Shown one piece after another: positions 37,647 to 39,852 of a DNA stretch of 39,852 nt. The position numbers were made by a program, and so were the translations under genes. Source of the DNA: a virus (Duplodnaviria > Caudoviricetes); the IMG/VR virus record IMGVR_UViG_3300031772_000101, positions 1-39,852 of that record, one strand, 5' to 3'. The notes beneath the pieces are model-generated. The model worked only from the letters and a program-made list of their open reading frames with translations. It ran no database searches and was not told the DNA's origin. Position 1 is the first letter of the stretch. Each line of letters opens with the position of its first letter.

Positions 37647-38857
37647 TCTTTTAACTCTTCAGTGTAAATTTTATATAGATCCATAGCTAATTCTATAAAG
37701 TCATCATGCGCTTTAACATCTACGTATGTCTTAGCGTATTCTTTAATAGAAGTTACAACATCCATTTTAGTATCTATAGTGTTAGATGCGTCTTTTTTTA
37801 TTAAGGCTATTTTTTTAGATTCAGAAATTCCAGTAACATTAAATGCGCCTTGAGATGTTAAATATTTTTCAATATCAGATTTATTAACTGATTTTAATTC
37901 GGGTGTTGCTAAAGAAATTTCTACTCGCACAATTGCCTTATCAAAAGGAGTTTTAGATTCTTTATACTTTTCAAGTACAGAAAGCACATAAGCCGTTGAG
38001 TCTGCAGTATCTTTAGGAACTGTGATGCACACTTTTCTTAAATCTCGTGTAGGTAAATATTCTATAGTAAAATTGTTACCTACAGCAGCATCACAATCAA
38101 TAATAACAATATGTTTTTGATGATCCGTTTCTCCAAAATTAGAAATATCCATGCTGCCAATATGAGCAATAAATGGATTTTTCTTTTTCATTATCTGTGG
38201 TTTATGAACATGTCCCATCCAAACATAATCATATCCAGCAAACATGTCTAACGGACAAAATAATTCATTTGCTATATCATCAATCTCATCGCCAACTGGA
38301 ATCGACCCCTCGATAGCGAGATGTCCTACTAAAATTTTCTTATAAGTAACTGGAATGCTAGCTAGCTCATATACTAAAGATTCTTTTAAAATCTCTACTG
38401 CTTCCGCATTTGATGACGTATTAAATGACTTTCTATCGCGAAAAGGCATAATAGTGATTGCTGTAGTGTCAATCATAAAAGTATTAATATCTTTATATAT
38501 ACTAACATTATCTAAATCTATTTCGCTAATAATATCTAATGATGAAGTAAATACCATTCCACTGCGAAGCATGTCATGATTGCCTAAAATGATATGAACA
38601 TAAATATTATATGCTTGACATTTTTTTATCCAAGCAATAAACATCGTTATTAACGATGGATGCGGTTTAGGATCTTCGAAAATATCTCCAGTAAGGATGA
38701 TATGATGTGCGCCGCGTTCGACTGCTTGTTCAAGCGTCCATTCCAATAAATTAAGTTGATCGGCAATTCTACTATTTAGATTTGATCCAATACCAGCTTT
38801 ACCGATATTAGCTCCTTTGCCTAAATGTACGTCACCTAAAATTATAGCGTGTGGCAT
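37643..38857 (-). CDS. sbcD: SbcD/Mre11/gp47-like nuclease
   Basis: GDVHLG, GDIFE, GNHD, VGH, MGHVH metallophosphoesterase motifs; ATGA-coupled to sbcC. Confidence 0.92.
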   Translation of the reverse strand: MPHAIILGDVHLGKGANIGKAGIGSNLNSRIADQLNLLEWTLEQAVERGAHHIILTGDIFEDPKPHPSLITMFIAWIKKCQAYNIYVHIILGNHDMLRSGMVFTSSLDIISEIDLDNVSIYKDINTFMIDTTAITIMPFRDRKSFNTSSNAEAVEILKESLVYELASIPVTYKKILVGHLAIEGSIPVGDEIDDIANELFCPLDMFAGYDYVWMGHVHKPQIMKKKNPFIAHIGSMDISNFGETDHQKHIVIIDCDAAVGNNFTIEYLPTRDLRKVCITVPKDTADSTAYVLSVLEKYKESKTPFDKAIVRVEISLATPELKSVNKSDIEKYLTSQGAFNVTGISESKKIALIKKDASNTIDTKMDVVTSIKEYAKTYVDVKAHDDFIELAMDLYKIYTEELKE

Positions 38858-39483
38858 GATGTATAAAAGGCAATCCTTTTCTTTAATTTCTCAACAATTC
38901 GGCGTAGCGCCTCATTATCAAGCTTTTTATGCGTTAGATTTACACGATCATATATCGAGCACACCTCTTCGATGTACGCATGAGATTTTTCATCAAAAAA
39001 CGATTGGTAAAAATCTCTAACAGTATTGGAAAAATCCAACATAATTTCTAATTTTTCAGAAAAATCTTCTTTACTTAAATTATTATCATCATCAACAATA
39101 TTAACATTTCCGTTAAAAAGATTTATAATTTTAAAAGCTGCCTGTGATACAATCACACCATCCATTATGGAAACAAAATTACATCCAGTGCTACCTTGCT
39201 TGCATCCAAAACAACAATAAGTGTTGGTCTCTGGATAATACCAGAAAGACCCAGAGCTTTCGCGACCACCTTTATGCGATTTAAATGGGCAAACTGCCCT
39301 ACGATTATAGGCGCTAAGATTCAATCCATAATGCTTGAATATTAAAAGAATTGGAACTGTATTAGCTTTACGAATTAAATCTTGGTAGAAGGCTTTACCT
39401 GTAAGAGCCCCTGAAGAATCTCCAGTTTCCCCTGATGTCTCGCCATAGCCATCGAATCCGGTTGTATTTGATACATTGTGCAT
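38842..39483 (-). CDS. Stand-alone DnaG-type CHC2 zinc-finger protein
   Basis: CPFKSHKGGRESSGSF...YCCFGCKQG...FVSIMDG...QAA. No Toprim domain. Start codon uncertain. Confidence 0.82.
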   Translation of the reverse strand: MHNVSNTTGFDGYGETSGETGDSSGALTGKAFYQDLIRKANTVPILLIFKHYGLNLSAYNRRAVCPFKSHKGGRESSGSFWYYPETNTYCCFGCKQGSTGCNFVSIMDGVIVSQAAFKIINLFNGNVNIVDDDNNLSKEDFSEKLEIMLDFSNTVRDFYQSFFDEKSHAYIEEVCSIYDRVNLTHKKLDNEALRRIVEKLKKRIAFYTSCHTL

Positions 39484-39554
39484 AGTTGTGAATATTTGCT
39501 AAAATTATCTTTTTCTTCAGAAATCAAAGATAATAATATTTCTTTAGTTATCAT
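39375..39554 (-). CDS. Small hypothetical protein overlapping the 5' end of the CHC2 gene
   Basis: MITKEILLSLISEEK... (59 aa) starts 8 nt after the upstream stop and has an amphipathic-helix pattern. Confidence 0.45.
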   Translation of the reverse strand: MITKEILLSLISEEKDNFSKYSQLCTMYQIQPDSMAMARHQGKLEILQGLLQVKPSTKI

Positions 39555-39561
39555 AACTAAC

Positions 39562-39852
39562 TTATTCACTTTTTTTCTTGCTGTCAAGGACAACGCTAAT
39601 TAATTCAGATAAATGAGCCGGATCTATTTTTTTCTCTAATTGAGAAACCGAATATTCCAATCTATTAATTTTATCTCTTTGATTAAAACAAGTTTTTAAT
39701 AATAAAGTAATCCAACTAAGAGATCCTTCTCCAGTGCGCTCAAGTTCATCTTCATTAATTTCTTGAGCCAATCTTATCATATTTCTTAATAATTCGCCCT
39801 CTAATTCATTTTGAAATAAATTTTTATTTTGCTGTAAAGTTTTATCTGCCAG
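39562..39852 (-). CDS. Hypothetical protein, truncated by window end
   Basis: The frame stays open beyond the track's Met at 39780 to the window edge (LADKTLQQNKNLFQNELEGELLRNMIRLAQ...). Confidence 0.65.
   Translation of the reverse strand: MADKTLQQNKNLFQNELEGELLRNMIRLAQEINEDELERTGEGSLSWITLLLKTCFNQRDKINRLEYSVSQLEKKIDPAHLSELISVVLDSKKKSE

Noticed and set aside
318-39220. All plus-strand ORFs in the track and short nested minus-strand ORFs (e.g. 1780-2061, 12914-13177, 15616-15831, 27296-27625)
   Set aside because: They lie antisense to or out of frame within long motif-bearing genes, lack RBS and domains, and are best explained as shadow ORFs.
1-39852. Bacterial chromosome origin (dnaE, recA, tig, dnaJ, sbcCD present)
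   Set aside because: Terminase and portal, gp32-like SSB, dNMP kinase, many unknown ORFs, single-strand packing and the absence of bacterial operon context indicate a phage.
1-39852. Alternative genetic code (stop-codon reassignment as in some large phages)
   Set aside because: Standard-code ORFs are full length and tile the window; TGA acts as a stop in ATGA overlaps; no genes appear fragmented.
1-39852. tRNA or other structured RNA genes that might accompany the nucleotidyltransferase
   Set aside because: Intergenic gaps are short and AT-rich; no cloverleaf or T-loop signature was recognised by eye. tRNAscan would be needed to exclude them formally.

Overview
AT-rich, densely coding 39.9 kb segment of a large tailed dsDNA bacteriophage (jumbo/huge-phage-like). 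Every credible gene is on the minus strand and many are translationally coupled. In transcription order (right to left) there are three parts. (i) A replication/recombination/nucleotide module at about 39852-15695: stand-alone CHC2 primase zinc-finger protein, SbcD/SbcC (Mre11/Rad50), dNMP kinase, Cas4/RecB-like PD-(D/E)xK nuclease, DnaE, RecA/UvsX, gp32-like SSB, RuvC-like resolvase, a Toprim-only DnaG core and a sigma-region-4 HTH protein. A proteostasis set (trigger factor, FtsH-type M41 peptidase domain, DnaJ) is interspersed. (ii) A perfect 28-bp palindromic terminator plus an HNH endonuclease at the module boundary. (iii) A head/packaging module at about 15006-1: several unknown Pro/acidic-rich proteins, a divergent class II CCA/poly(A)-type nucleotidyltransferase with a long C-terminal extension, terminase large subunit and portal. 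The most notable observations are the nucleotidyltransferase with an altered nucleotide-template motif inside the head module, a recurring K-x-A motif in head-module proteins (candidate maturation-protease site), a DnaG apparently split into two genes about 22 kb apart, a phage-encoded trigger factor, an IS607-like HTH fused to an unknown protein, and two recurring candidate phage promoter motifs. All calls come from motif recognition by eye; no database searches were run.
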